Positions 36,660 through 48,970 of a stretch of 64,000 nt of DNA are shown in pieces. The notes below the pieces were generated by a model. That model ran no database searches. It was given only the letters and a program-made list of their open reading frames with translations, and was not told where the DNA came from. The number at the start of each line of letters is the position of its first letter. The first letter of the stretch is position 1. The DNA is from Lama glama (lineage: Eukaryota), in the NCBI GenBank assembly GCA_028534125.1, contig CM052817.1:40798001-40862000 (forward strand), read 5' to 3'. A program made the translations under genes and the position numbers.

Positions 36660-38090
36660 CTGATTATCTTTCTTATCTTTTCCATTTTCTATTGTATTTT
36701 TTGTTTTACTTATTATCTCCCAATTCTCATACTAAAATCTTTACATTTGCTATCATGTTTTTAATTCCCAAGAACTAATTATTTTATTTTTGAATGATGA
36801 CAAATACTCCTTCCTTGACAAAACAGTAGTCAGGCTCTGCTGAGCCCTCTTCTTGACTATGTCTCTCCTTGGCCTGCTGGCCCAATTTTAGCGAGAATCC
36901 TGCTAAGCCAGTTTAGTGAGAATCCCCCCAACCCTTGATATCCAGTCAAATTCCTCATCCCTCCTCCGCCCGCTTTGATACCTAACAAATTTCTTCTTAG
37001 CAATTTCCCATCTGCTGCTGGACTCCCTCATCCTGCCCATTGGCTGTAAATCCCCAGCTGTCCCTAGTGTATTTGGAGTTGAGTTCAGTCTCTCTCCGCT
37101 ACTGCAAATAGTCATGGTCCTTGTTGCAGTAATCCTGAATAAAGTTTTCCTCACCTGTTTGACTGTCCAGTGCAGCTTCTCTTTGACAATGCTTCTTTCA
37201 TAGACTCTTTTCCTTCTTTGTTTTAGTTCAGTATCTTCTCTTATCAATCAGAGAACATTAGGGATGGGCTTTTAAAGTTTTCTTTTCTCTGCATTTTTGA
37301 AAGTCCACATTTAGGTAGGTTTTTTTGAAAATTTAATTGCCCCATTCTGTTTTACATATTTAAGAAGGGGGCACTAAAATTCTGATTGGCAGTTCTGTGT
37401 GTGACTGGTCATTGGAAGGGTTTTAGTGGAGGATGATTAGACGAGGCCACTTCAGTTGCCTCTGCCTCTTCCTGCATTTCCCCACCATAAATACCTGTGG
37501 CTCCATGCTCTGGGCCTGAGTTTTTCCAAAGAGAAATTTCCCAAACTCCCAAACTCCTGCCTGTTGGGAAAGATATAAGGCTAGTTACGTGAGTTCTGGA
37601 TGCAAGCGTGAGCGAGACACCGGGAATCTCACCTTCTAATATGTGGCTTTTATGTACTCCCCCCGTCTTTAATGTGATACCCCTTATTCTCTGTGTCCCT
37701 GGTGTCCCCTAGCCCACAGTCCCTCCCATTCCCCATCTCCAGAGAGTGGATTTGGAGTTCTCTGCAGGTGTGGGGGAATATCTAGAGCAGTCTTACACAG
37801 GTGCCCAGTCAGTCGTCCTGTTTTCACCCCTGCCCAATTACCCACTCTTTTGGAGGTATACGGTTACTCTGCTGAGTCTTTTAATCATTCTGAGGAAGTA
37901 AAGTTGGTTGGTTTCCTGGTTTCTTTCACTGCTGTTTTAAGATTAAATTTTCTCAGGTCTGTGAAGTCAGGATCACTTGTTTGTCTACTCTCCATCCTCC
38001 AATATTTTGTTTCTGTCTTCTGTTTTTGGAAGGTCTTTCCTGAAAGTGGAGTATCAGAAGGTGTTCAATGTATCATGTTTAACTGGAAGT
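36660..38090 (-). mobile_element. HAL1/ancient L1-type 5' region, interrupted by the MER31-like LTR
   Basis: ggcactaaaattctgattggcagttctgtgtg, ctgtgaagtcaggatcacttgtttgtct and terminus catgtttaactggaagt resemble HAL1. Confidence 0.6.
36798..37188 (+). mobile_element. ERV1 solo LTR (MER31-like)
   Basis: TG...CA termini (tgacaaatactcc...ctttgaca), agtcaggctctgctgagccctcttc, AATAAA at 37138-37143, flanks atga/atgc. Confidence 0.88.
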
Positions 38091-40289
38091 AAATGTACAT
38101 TTTAGAAAGGTTTCCAAGGTATTAACCAATTATCTTCTGGTTTCTTCTCAGTCAATAAGAAATTCAATTTATCTTAACATCCCAGTTCCTCCCAGCAAAT
38201 GTAGAATTAATAAATGGTGATGGAACTATAGATTTCTTATATAAATAGGTACACTATGTTTCCTTGACACTTTTAAAAGGATATAAAGAAGTACTATATT
38301 AAAGAAATTCATTTGAAGGCAAAGAATTTACAATAGCGTATAAATTACATAAATGGGAACTACTCACCCAGCATATTGCGTTAGAGCTGAGGATTATCTC
38401 AGTAATCACCTAACAATAGGGGTCCATATTGATTTAAAGTGCTAATTATGTCAGGGATGTGCCCCCGAGTCAGAATTTTAAATCTAATTCTGTTTAATCT
38501 GAAAACACTTCCTGAACTCTGAGTTGTAATTTAAACAGAAAAGATTACAGACCCTGGCAAAACAACAGATCTGAGTAGCTTATCCCACAAGAACTGATTA
38601 AGAACTTTTTCATCATCTTTTATGATGACAGAATCTGGGCTTGTACTTTGGACCAAGGAGACATAAACTGGGATAACCCAAGCGGAATAAAGCTCCCAAC
38701 AAACTCAGAATTAATAAATGATGATGGAACTATTCAGCCATTACGAGTGGGTTTGTCCCTTGTTTGTTAAGGGCATTTGAGTGAAAAATAAATGAGAATT
38801 TTATTAGAATGTAAGGAATGAAGTAAAGAAGAATTAAGAGGAAGCATGGAGGAAGATGGTGAGTTCCTATTTGGTAAAATCCAGGACTCACCTTTCTCTG
38901 GAATAATGCCTCAAGTCTCTGCCTTCCTTTTAAAGGATATAGAAGTAAACACTGACAACAGCTTTTTGTCAAAGCCAAAACTGATTCTTGGATCAGTGCT
39001 GTCATGTTCTTCTTTTACATAAATTAAATTTGATAGTGGCTGAGATTTTTGAGAAATATTTTGGGTCATTACTGATCAGCTCAGCCACTCAAAGGACTCT
39101 GTTTAAAACAGTGTCCTGAAACATCATATGAATGTTTCATTTTCTTAGATGTTTAGATCCAAAACAGGGCTTAAAATATCTTGTTGGTAGATAGATATGA
39201 ATTTTTGGCTGTCAAGGAGATGCGAAAGATTAGTTGAATTGACTCCTGCTTCACTCCATTCCAAATACATGTTATAATGTTCCAGAACGTTTCCAAATTA
39301 AAAAAAGAATGCTTCTTATTGAAAACAGAGTTCCACAAGTTGATGCCAGGTGGTAAGGAGAATCAATTTCTAAAGAATCCTCTGGCACATTTCTTTTTTT
39401 ATGAGTAGCATAACCTTTAACAATATTCTTTCCATAAACCTCTTTTACCTACAAAATAAGATTTATTTTCAGATACTCTTTCAACAAAACCGAACAGTTT
39501 TTTATACAAGGAAAAGTATACTAGATAGGCCTTCATACTATGTCTTTAGTTTCAATACAACAAAACAGACTTAAAATATTTTTTTGAACTACTTTTGTCA
39601 AATACCCGGTTAGACTATTGCATTGTCAAATATTTAAGTCTGCAAGTATGTATCAATTAAATGTGTTATTGTGTCCTAGACTACAGAAAAATATGTTTTC
39701 TGGTTTAATTTTATGAAAACACCTACCATGGTGCCTGTCACATGATAGATGCCTATTAAACATTTTGTGGACTTCAACACCTGTTAAATTTTTTGACTAC
39801 CCACTGAAAAATAAAAGGTTTTCAGAAGCAAATGATTAAGCAAGACTTAAGCCTTTTAGGCAAGTGAAAATGAAGAAATGTTCAAATCATAATCTTAAAG
39901 CAAATAATTTATCTATCACTTAACTCTTAGGTAGAATTGCTATTTTGTTAGTACTGGATGTAAAATATCAACTGTACCAGTTGGTATATGGCCGCTGCTC
40001 TGAGTACCTACCCTTTCTGCTGCCCTCAGCATCGTGGACCTCCCTATGATCCAGCAATTAAAGGATTTATTGAAGAATCCAGCCTGGCACAATAAAGGGT
40101 CTTTAGGACCCAGAGGCCATTCTGATTGACAGATGTCTGGGATATACTGTTGTCAAAGATCTTGACTATCTCTCTTTACTCACCAGGTGATATTTACTTG
40201 GGAAAATCAAATAAATTTCAAACATAACTGGAGGCAGATTTTATTAGTGTGCAAACCAGTTCTTCTTGGGTGGTGGGGGGATAGAATGT

Positions 40290-40500
40290 ATCATTTCCTA
40301 AGCTCTTTTTCACAAAAATATTGTTCATTCACTTGAAAAATGCTGGATTGAGCAAAGTTACACCTATTTCTTTGTTGTAGAACTTCTCAGAGCCTTTAAC
40401 ATATGACTTTACATTTTAAATCTCCTGGAAGGGATATCTCTATTTCCAAACCTTACTTAATGATGAAACTTTTTTTTTAACCATGGGACACCAATTAATA
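40290..40500. mobile_element. hAT-Charlie fragment (MER103C-like)
   Basis: acttctcagagcctttaacatatg...tctcctggaaggg...tttccaaaccttacttaatgatgaaacttttttt. Confidence 0.6.
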
Positions 40501-41732
40501 TCAATTGATATGATGTGTATTAAAATTTTAAATATTTAAGATAGCCCTTGCTGCTTCTCATATTTATTAAAAATCAGCATTATTCACTTTTTGAATTATC
40601 AGTTTTATGGCAGAGCAGAAGAAAAGTTAATGTTGATCAAAGCAAAGAAAAGTCAGAGCTGACTATTGTAGTCAGAGCAGGCTAGATCCAGCTGTGGGAA
40701 CGCCCAATCCCCGAATCCTAGCTGGTTTCACACAACAGTGGCTCGTGCAAAGCCTGCTGTGATTCGAGACACTTTCCTTTAAGTAGAGACCCAGGGATGG
40801 GGCTGCTTTTTTTTTGTGTTGAGGAGCTGGTAGAATGTTTGGTGAGCCCGCTGCCTCTACTGAAACTATATTGCAAAAATCAGGATTAGGTAGTTTCGTA
40901 TGTTGGTTGTCCTTCATTTTAATTTTAGTAAATAAATACATAACAAGCTATGTGTTTTCACCCTTCTCCAAAAGTATTTTTTCCATTCTGCAAATTATCC
41001 ATGGAAAAGTATCAACTGGCTTTGCTTAGAGTGTCTATCATTTTTACCATCATATGCTCAGGTATTTAGTTCACGTTTTTGAATATTCAGTCGATGCTGT
41101 AGACACACAGGGTTGAGAATTTGGTTATCAGATGTCTATGATTTTTCGCATCTTGTTTATATATCAGTATTGTTCATTTTAGTGTTACTGATTCTTTGTG
41201 ACTATTTGGTTAATTTATGTGTAGATACTTAAACAAGAATGCTACATTTTTCCCCCCTAAACATCAAACATGCTTTCTTTTACTATGATTATTTTCTAAA
41301 AGACACTTGCCAAGTGAGAAATCATCCCTGATTTTGTCACAGCTGACAGTCTCTGTTGAAGAGATTCTTGTCTTTGTTATCAAGGGAACAGTGCAAAGGG
41401 TACGAACACTGAGAGAACTTCACAAGAGCAGATGAACGTGGTATCCTGTGGTGCCTGGCCTAATCAATTATTATTAATTTTTCAGCTTTGTGAGTAGCCT
41501 ATCCACTCACATTTATTCAGATGTTAATAAAGCTTCCAGTATTACCTCCTGCCTCTCCTTGCTTTGAAACACTTTATTGGAAGGAAAGCAGCTCACTTTA
41601 AGCTGATGTAGACCCGTGCTGAGGGATGCTGTGGTGAGGGAAGGAATGAGCTCCTTCTACTATTACTTAGATATTTTTCTGAACTGATTTGGACTTAACA
41701 TGGTATGCTAATATAGTTTTTTTTCATGATGC

Positions 41733-42761
41733 TATGGGGGGGAAAGTATCATTTCCTTCTGTTGCAGGAGAAGAGGGTATGAGAAGATGGTGTTGTCCCA
41801 GGTCTCTTGCAAGTCTCTGGGACGCACCCTGCCTAGTGAGGATCCTTGGCTTCCCATGGGAAGGAATTCAAGAGTGAGCTGTAGTCAAATAAAAATAGAT
41901 TTCTTCAGGGAGATACACACTCCATAGACAGAGTGCAGGCCGTCTCAGAAGGCAAGAGAGAGCGACTAGAAGTTATGGGGTGGTTAGTTTTTATGGGTTC
42001 TGTAACTTCATATGCTGTCAAGTGGGAGGATTATCCCAACTACTTTGGGGGAGGGGTGGGGATTGCCAGGAAATCGGCCACTGCCCACTTTTTGACCTTC
42101 TATGGTTAGCCTCGGAACTGTCACTGCACCTGTGGGTGTGTCATTTAGTATGCTAATGAATTACAGTGAATGTACAATGAAGCTCAAGGTCTACTGGAAG
42201 TCATATCTTCTGCCATCTTGGGCCAAGTTGGTTCTAACCAGTTTATGTCATATCCTCAATTGCTGTGTCATTCTTTTAATGGTTGTGCGGTACCCCCTTC
42301 CCTCCTGTCTCACTTCTGCCCTTCTAAGTTCTTGTCTGGGGCCCCTATAACAAGACAGAATAACAAGAGGAAAACATATCAAATATATTAATGTAATTTT
42401 TACATGATACAAGAGTCTTGATAAGGAAAAAAAGTCTTAAAGAAATAGTTAAACCAGAGTGTTTTCACTCTAGGTTTGATGAAGAGTGAAAAGTCATGGG
42501 AAAATGTGATAAGACAACAGTATGGGCTATGCTGGGGGGAAGAGCATGGCCTGTTCAGATTCCTTTCAGCGTACCTCCATCTTGGAGATAAGAATGTCCC
42601 TTTCCTCCCAGCATAGGGAGGGCCCCTCTCCCATGAGGGTGTTGTGACCTACTTCGGGGGAAGTTCAGAAAGTCCTTTCTGCATGTGCTACTTCTCAAAT
42701 TTTTTCAACTTAAAATGTTCAATATGCCGTATTTGGGGGTAGGTTGTTCTGAACTTCATCA
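41733..42761 (-). mobile_element. ERV1 solo LTR (MER34/MER39-like), host of a nested LTR
   Basis: Reverse complement begins tgatgaagttcagaacaacctacccccaaatacggcatattg; other end tatggggggaaag at 41733; flanks atgc/gtgc. Confidence 0.8.
41760..42312 (-). mobile_element. Younger ERV1-class solo LTR nested in the MER34-like LTR
   Basis: TG...CA termini (tgttgcagg...cctgtctca) with a perfect 4-bp TSD cttc at 41756-41759 and 42313-42316. Confidence 0.9.
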
Positions 42762-45555
42762 GTGCTATGAGTAAACATCCAGGAAAGCTCACAACTATAC
42801 CTGGTACTTTCCTTCTTGGGTTGCCTTACTCATTCTTCCCAAGTTCTCCCAGCAGGTATAGCCTTTTCCAATTTAAGAAATTCATTTTGAACAGGTACTG
42901 GGTAGCAGAGATACTAAGCCCCAAACAGTAGTATTTTCTCCTTGTGAATTCAATGCTTTGAGAAAATAATTTTCCCTACAAAGAAGTTGGAGTTAGGGTT
43001 TAGGGAGGGTTTCAGCTTGTTGGCTCTTAAAAATTAAAAAAAATTAAATTAAACTAAAAAGCAGTATATGTTCATTGTGAAAATATTAGAAATGACCTAT
43101 AAAGAGTAAGGAAAAAAATCCATCCTTAACTGCTACCACTCTCCTACACAAAAGTGATTACTATCGTCATATGTGTGTATATTTTATGATCTTGTTTATG
43201 ATCTTTTCTCTGTAGGTATAATTACCCCTATATAGATCCTCAGGGTGGCAACAATAGAATAGACAATTCCATGTTTTCGTCTGCTCTTACATTTTGTAGG
43301 TGCTTTTCTGTGTTTTTTACATAATCTTCATGGTTATCATTTTAGTGGCTAACAGTTTACTGAGTTCCATTTTTGAAAATGAGCTATTGTTAGAAGAAAC
43401 GGAGTCTGCGCAACATTTCCCCTTCTATCCTTTTGGTTTGAGCAGCGTTCTAGAAAATATAGGACGTTTCCCCCTCCACCTTGGGCATGTGTTCAGTCAC
43501 CTCCTTATTCCCCTGTTTTCCTCTTTCACTTAATATGATAAATATTTTTTCATCCAGGCATATGAATGATATTAGAAATTTACTTGGAAATAACACGTGA
43601 AAGAAGTATTCTGTGAGGAGGATCTTTCTGGATAGGGTTGAAGACAATATTTTTCATTGTATCTGACATTGTCTTCCAAGATGAAAATAGAAGGAAGGGC
43701 AGCTGTATTTTAACTGCAGAATTGTGCATATATGCATCTGAGGAAATTTGTGGAAACAGCTTAGGAAATGATCATCAATGCCTTGAACAGATTCATTACA
43801 ACGTGTGTACTTATTTAAGCATATTCTTGGGTCCTCTGCATTCACATGGCCTGATTTGTAATATATGCCATTTTTTCCCCAGAGTTTGCATATCAGAGAT
43901 GATTCCTTTTTATTTTTTTCCCCTTCTTGTGCTGCTGCTTCTGCCTCTACCTGGGATTATGCAGATTCTGGTTTAAGTCTCTTTATTCTTTTCTGCAAGT
44001 GCACAGCATGATGGGCTTCATTTCTGGGAGGAAATGATAATGGATTTCAGTTTTCACCAGTGACATTTGGAAACTACATGTCTTAAATAATATGTGTGCC
44101 ACACAATAGAAACGGTCACCCTGTTCCAAGGGTGTGAAAACATAAATAAAATAGCAGTGCTGTAAATATGTAGAGGCTAAATCTTAAAATGAAGGTAGGG
44201 GGTCCTAATTATTTTAATGGAGCCAATTTTATGATTTTTTTCAAGCTGGATGTAGAGGACAATCTTATCGATAGTGGGTACTTGGGATAATCAAGGGAAG
44301 GCTCTTAGAAAGGGTTTAATTTATTCTGTCAGATATTCAAGGCTATAAAACATTTCAACAAATCAAAGCCATCATTTGAGAAATAATAAAGATTAAAAGG
44401 CAGCGTCGGACACCACAAACCCGGGTCCTCCCTGCCCTTTAATCCGAGTACCAGTTTTATATTAAATAGAGCGTACTTAGCATTGATTAGCATTTATCTC
44501 AGTCTGACTGGGTGTAAGTGCCTTTTGATGGTCTAGATGTAAAGGGACTCAATTTCTTGTCTAAAACAACTGAGTGTCTATCTTTTGTTTATAAAGATAA
44601 GCATACTGTGTGGAGATTGTGAAGAAAGAGCTTCCATACACTTGCCAGACCTGGGCTTAATGGCTGCGGTCCACAGATGGAGGAGAGGAAACAGTACTTG
44701 AAAAGAGCAGCGGTATTTCTCTAAAAGGCAGTGATCTCGAGAGAGAAGATTGCTGAAACCCCAAATCCCAGTTTTGGCTCTTGAGGTCAAGAAATCTTTG
44801 CCTTATTCCCAAATTTCCATTTTCCACCTTCCCTTCCCACTGGCAGAGACGGGGAATCAGTTACCTACCTTTACGAAAACACATGTTACCGGGCTTCTCA
44901 CTCCCACGCTGTCTATTCTGTAAGAGAGAGAGGAGGCTTTTCTGTTCCAAATGCCTGGGAGGCCCTTCCTCATTTCATATGCCTGAATCATCTGGGCCCT
45001 TGCACTTGGAGTATTGACTGGTGGCAGTGACACCGCCACCTTGGTGTAATATGTCTTTCAAGTGAGAAGCCTCTCCTGGTCAATACTGAATCAATTTGCT
45101 CTGGCAGTCTAATTGAATGCCTCCCTCAGACAAATGGTCACTGGGGGAAGGGGTAAAACCTTGATATGCAGATCTGCTTTGAGGCCCCAGAGAAGGCTGT
45201 TTTAAAATATATATTTCTCTTGAGAATATATCTATGTATCTCAATATTGTGTATACATAATATAGCCTGTAACAGAAGCAGTGCTGGTTATTCACTCAGC
45301 AAAATGGATGTAAATCAATCTGTTGACAGCCTTCTTTTTTGTTGAACTATTTTACTTTAACTTGATCCCTGTATAGCAAAAGAGAGACAGACAGACAGAC
45401 AGAAATGGAGAGGAGAGAGAGATCGAAGCTCTAGAATGACTCCTAGGATAAGGAATGTATTGCCTTAGAATTTTAGGTATGTTGATGTCTTTTTAAAAAT
45501 TCACATCATTTCCATTTAATAAATTACACTGATGTTCTAATTATTTGATATCTTT

Positions 45556-46744
45556 TTTTTTACATTTTTTATTGATTCATAATCATTTTACAGTGTTGTG
45601 TCAAATTCCAGTGTTCAGCACAATTTTTCAGTCATTCATGGACATATACACACTCATTGTCACATTTTTTTCTCTNNNNNNNNNNNNNNNNNNNNNNNNN
45701 NNNNNNNNNNNNNNNNNNNNNNNNNNNNNNNNNNNNNNNNNNNNNNNNNNNNNNNNNNNNNNNNNNNNNNNNNNNNNNNNNNNNNNNNNNNNNNNNNNNN
45801 NNNNNNNNNNNNNNNNNNNNNNNNNNNNNNNNNNNNNNNNNNNNNNNNNNNNNNNNNNNNNNNNNNNNNNNNNNNNNNNNNNNNNNNNNNNNNNNNNNNN
45901 NNNNNNNNNNNNNNNNNNNNNNNNNNNNNNNNNNNNNNNNNNNNNNNNNNNNNNNNNNNNNNNNNNNNNNNNNNNNNNNNNNNNNNNNNNNNNNNNNNNN
46001 NNNNNNNNNNNNNNNNNNNNNNNNNNNNNNNNNNNNNNNNNNNNNNNNNNNNNNNNNNNNNNNNNNNNNNNNNNNNNNNNNNNNNNNNNNNNNNNNNNNN
46101 NNNNNNNNNNNNNNNNNNNNNNNNNNNNNNNNNNNNNNNNNNNNNNNNNNNNNNNNNNNNNNNNNNNNNNNNNNNCAGGGCACATCAACCTTGCTGTTTT
46201 ACGGAGGGCCCAGGTTGTTCTGTCCTGTACACCCACAGCCCCAGCGCCCAGCCCCTTGCAGTCCCCCGGAGCTGCCTCCGTGCAGCCGCCCCCATCCTCC
46301 GCCTGGCTTGTGCAGCCTGGCCCTGCCCGCCACTGCCGGCCCGCGTCTCAGGCTGGGTGTCGGGGGGACGCTCTGTGCCCGTTTAACGCTGACGCTCTGT
46401 CAGACAAGGGCTGCTCTGTACAGATCCGAGCCTTGGAGGCTCCCCCTCCGTCCCGCTGGCCTCTCAATTGGAGAGGGGAGACCCGGCGAGCAAGCGCCAG
46501 TCCTCCTTTGCCGCTCCCTCCCCGCGGGACCCGTCCCGCGCTGCTTTGTCTTTTGTTCTTTCTTTTTTCCTTTTCTCCTACCAGATTTTTGGCGTCTTTA
46601 TCTTTTGAAGAGGGCGATGATCTGTCGGAGTTCCGCAGGTGCTCTGGTTGGCTGAGTGGGTCTGTAGATGTGGGTCTTGGTGTATTTGTGGGAGAGGGTG
46701 ACTTACAAGCGTCCTTCTACTCCGCCATCTTGCCCGGAAGTCCC
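45556..46744 (-). mobile_element. Young, probably full-length L1 spanning an assembly gap
   Basis: T-rich 3' tail from ~45553; CpG-rich 5'UTR 46176-46744 beginning (reverse complement) gggacttccgggcaagatggcgg with a YY1 motif; TSD tatttgatatcttt (45542-45555) / tgtttgatatcctt (46745-46758). Confidence 0.88.
45676..46175. other. Assembly gap, exactly 500 N
   Basis: N run read directly. Confidence 1.
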
Positions 46745-46929
46745 TGTTTGATATCCTTAATATTCATAAAATACAGCTTTTTCCTAAGAAGACCGCGTTT
46801 CTTTCTTAGTGTTCCATGGGGGGCGTATAAGAAGAAAGGGACAGGAAACTCTCCTGTGAGCGCTCCACACTGTGTTAGCTCCTTTCTGGAAACTCTCCCT
46901 TTCTGCCCTTACTCCAGCCCCACGAGAAG

Positions 46930-47050
46930 TAATAATCCCTGATTTACAGAGAGGAAAGCTCAGAGAGCTTGGTAACTTGCCCAAGGTCATTTAGTTACTA
47001 ATCAGTACAAACCAGACTCTGGTGTCTCCAAGCCAGTGCTGCTTTTCCCA
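46930..47050 (-). mobile_element. MIR SINE fragment
   Basis: atttacagagaggaaagctcagagagcttggtaacttgcccaaggtca. Confidence 0.8.
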
Positions 47051-47148
47051 TGGGGCTGGATTTCAAATCACTTTTGAAAATGGTGTCTTGGGGACAGTTT
47101 CTCTTACTCATCTTATTACCTAAATGGTGTGAAAATGCATTCACACTC

Positions 47149-47611
47149 TGTAGACCAGTTTTCCGTTGCTGCTGTAACTAACTGCCACAAACTTAGTGAC
47201 TGTAAACAAAACAAGTTCATTAGTTTTCAGTTTGGCAGATCAGAGTTTAAAAATGGGTATTACTGGGCTAAAATCAACTTGCAGGCAGTCTTGTGTTCCT
47301 TTCTGGTGGCCGTAAGGGCGAAACTGCTTTCTCACCTCTTCCAGCTTCTAGAAGCTGCCCTCACTCCCTGGCTCATGGCCCCTTCCTTCCTCTTCACAGC
47401 CAGCAATGGCCGGTTTTTCCTCACGTTTTATCTGTCTGACTTCTGCTTTTGTCATTGCTATGATTACTTTGGGTCCAACTGGATAATCCAGACTAATCTT
47501 TACATCTCAAAGTCAACTGATTGATAACCTTAATCCCATCAGCAACCTTAATCCCCCTTTGGGTGTGTAGAATATGGACATCTTTGTGGGATTGTTATTC
47601 TGCCTACTGTA
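47149..47611 (-). mobile_element. MaLR solo LTR (MLT1C/D-like)
   Basis: ttgctgctgtaactaactgccacaaacttagtgac...ttccagcttctagaagctgcc...ggataatccagactaatct...tatggacatctttgtggg...attctgcctac. Confidence 0.9.
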
Positions 47612-47639
47612 TGTTATGGAATCTTTTTAACAGAATAAT

Positions 47640-47862
47640 ACAGTAGTGAGAGACCCAGGATTTGAAGTCGGATGGCCTGAGTTCAATTTGCTCTCTCACT
47701 GTGTTCCGGGGAAAATCAATTACATCCTCTGTGCCTTGGCATTCTCATCTATAAAACGGGAATGATAATTTGTGGTGGAGATTGAGCTAATGTGTACAAA
47801 GTGCTCGGCACAACCAGCACGTGACATACAGTAGATGTCCAATCATTCTTGGCTATTATTGT
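47640..47862 (+). mobile_element. MIR SINE
   Basis: gcctgagttcaa...cctctgtgccttggcattctcatctataaaacgggaatgataat...tgtacaaagtgctcggcaca. Confidence 0.8.
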
Positions 47863-48409
47863 CTACAAAACATTACATGGGTGCAGGGTGCACTGTGCTG
47901 CACAAAAGGTTTCACAGATATTATTTTATTAGATTGTATACCGTACTGTGGCACTTACTGTTAATACACTGATAATTTATCATGAAGTTATTTTAAATCA
48001 AAGTTGAAATTGTAAAAAAGTTAGGCTTAAAATTAAAGGGAATTTAGGGAGAAATCCACTATATTAATACTTTATAATTATTTAATTTTTTAAATACTTT
48101 ACCTACATACCTTCTATAGTTATTTTCAAGCTTCTAGAAAGTAGAGACAATATTGTTCATTCTGTAGGCACTTGCTTGAACATAATTAGCATGTGATGAA
48201 TGCAGGTAAATGCCTGAAGGGATCCAAAGAGATAGAAGTGGCCAGAGGTGAGGGCTGAGGCTGGGAAGTGGTGAGGTATTTGCATTCTACTTTTTTTTGT
48301 TGCATTGAAATTCTCCTAGTGGGTCCCTTGACCTTGATGTGTTTAAACTTTTTGACTCGTAGAGGACATAGAAACTTACTGAGGGCGTTAAGAGCTGCCT
48401 TGAAAATTC

Positions 48410-48970
48410 AGTGATTTTGGCTTTGGCCATAGGCAGGTAACAGAAAACTGTCTCAAACTGGCTAAAACAGTGAGGCTTTTATCAACTCATGTACCTGAGA
48501 AGTCACAGAGGTGAGTCTTCAGGTCAGGCTGGAGCCAGAGGTTCATTGATGCCATTGTTTTGTCTCTTCCTTCTCTTCTCCGTTTTCATTATGCCTCATG
48601 TGATCATCAGATGGCTGCAAGCAGCTTCTAGGGGCCCTGTGCTTCCTTGTGTACGCCCTGCAGGGGCAGACAGCACAACTTTCAGTAGCAGCCACAGGAG
48701 GGCAAAGAACTGTGTTTCTTAGAAGGTTCCAAGAAGGACTTCTCTATATCTCATTAGCTGAGGTGGAGTCTCACACGCTTGTGACATCCCTGAATCAGTC
48801 ATCACAGTGGCCAAGGGAGAGCAATGTGAGGTCACCTGGAACCACTGTGTGTGTGTAGGGGAGAGGTGGGGGGGGCAGCTTTTCCCTAAAGTGGGGTTGC
48901 CAGCTAAAATACAGGATAGACAAAACTGCATCGGGGAGAGGTGGATTCTGAGCAGCCAAACCCAGCAAAG
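48410..48970 (-). mobile_element. Old MaLR LTR (MLT1J/K/L-like)
   Basis: gcaggtaacagaaaactgtctcaaactggctaaaac...ctcatgtacctgagaagtc...cttcaggtcaggctggagccagag...agatggctgc...ccctgaatcagtcatcacagtggccaaggg. Confidence 0.75.

Noticed and set aside
45545..46942. 465, 332, 262, 202 and 183 aa ORFs
   Set aside because: Their length comes from reading through 500 N; they are not gene evidence
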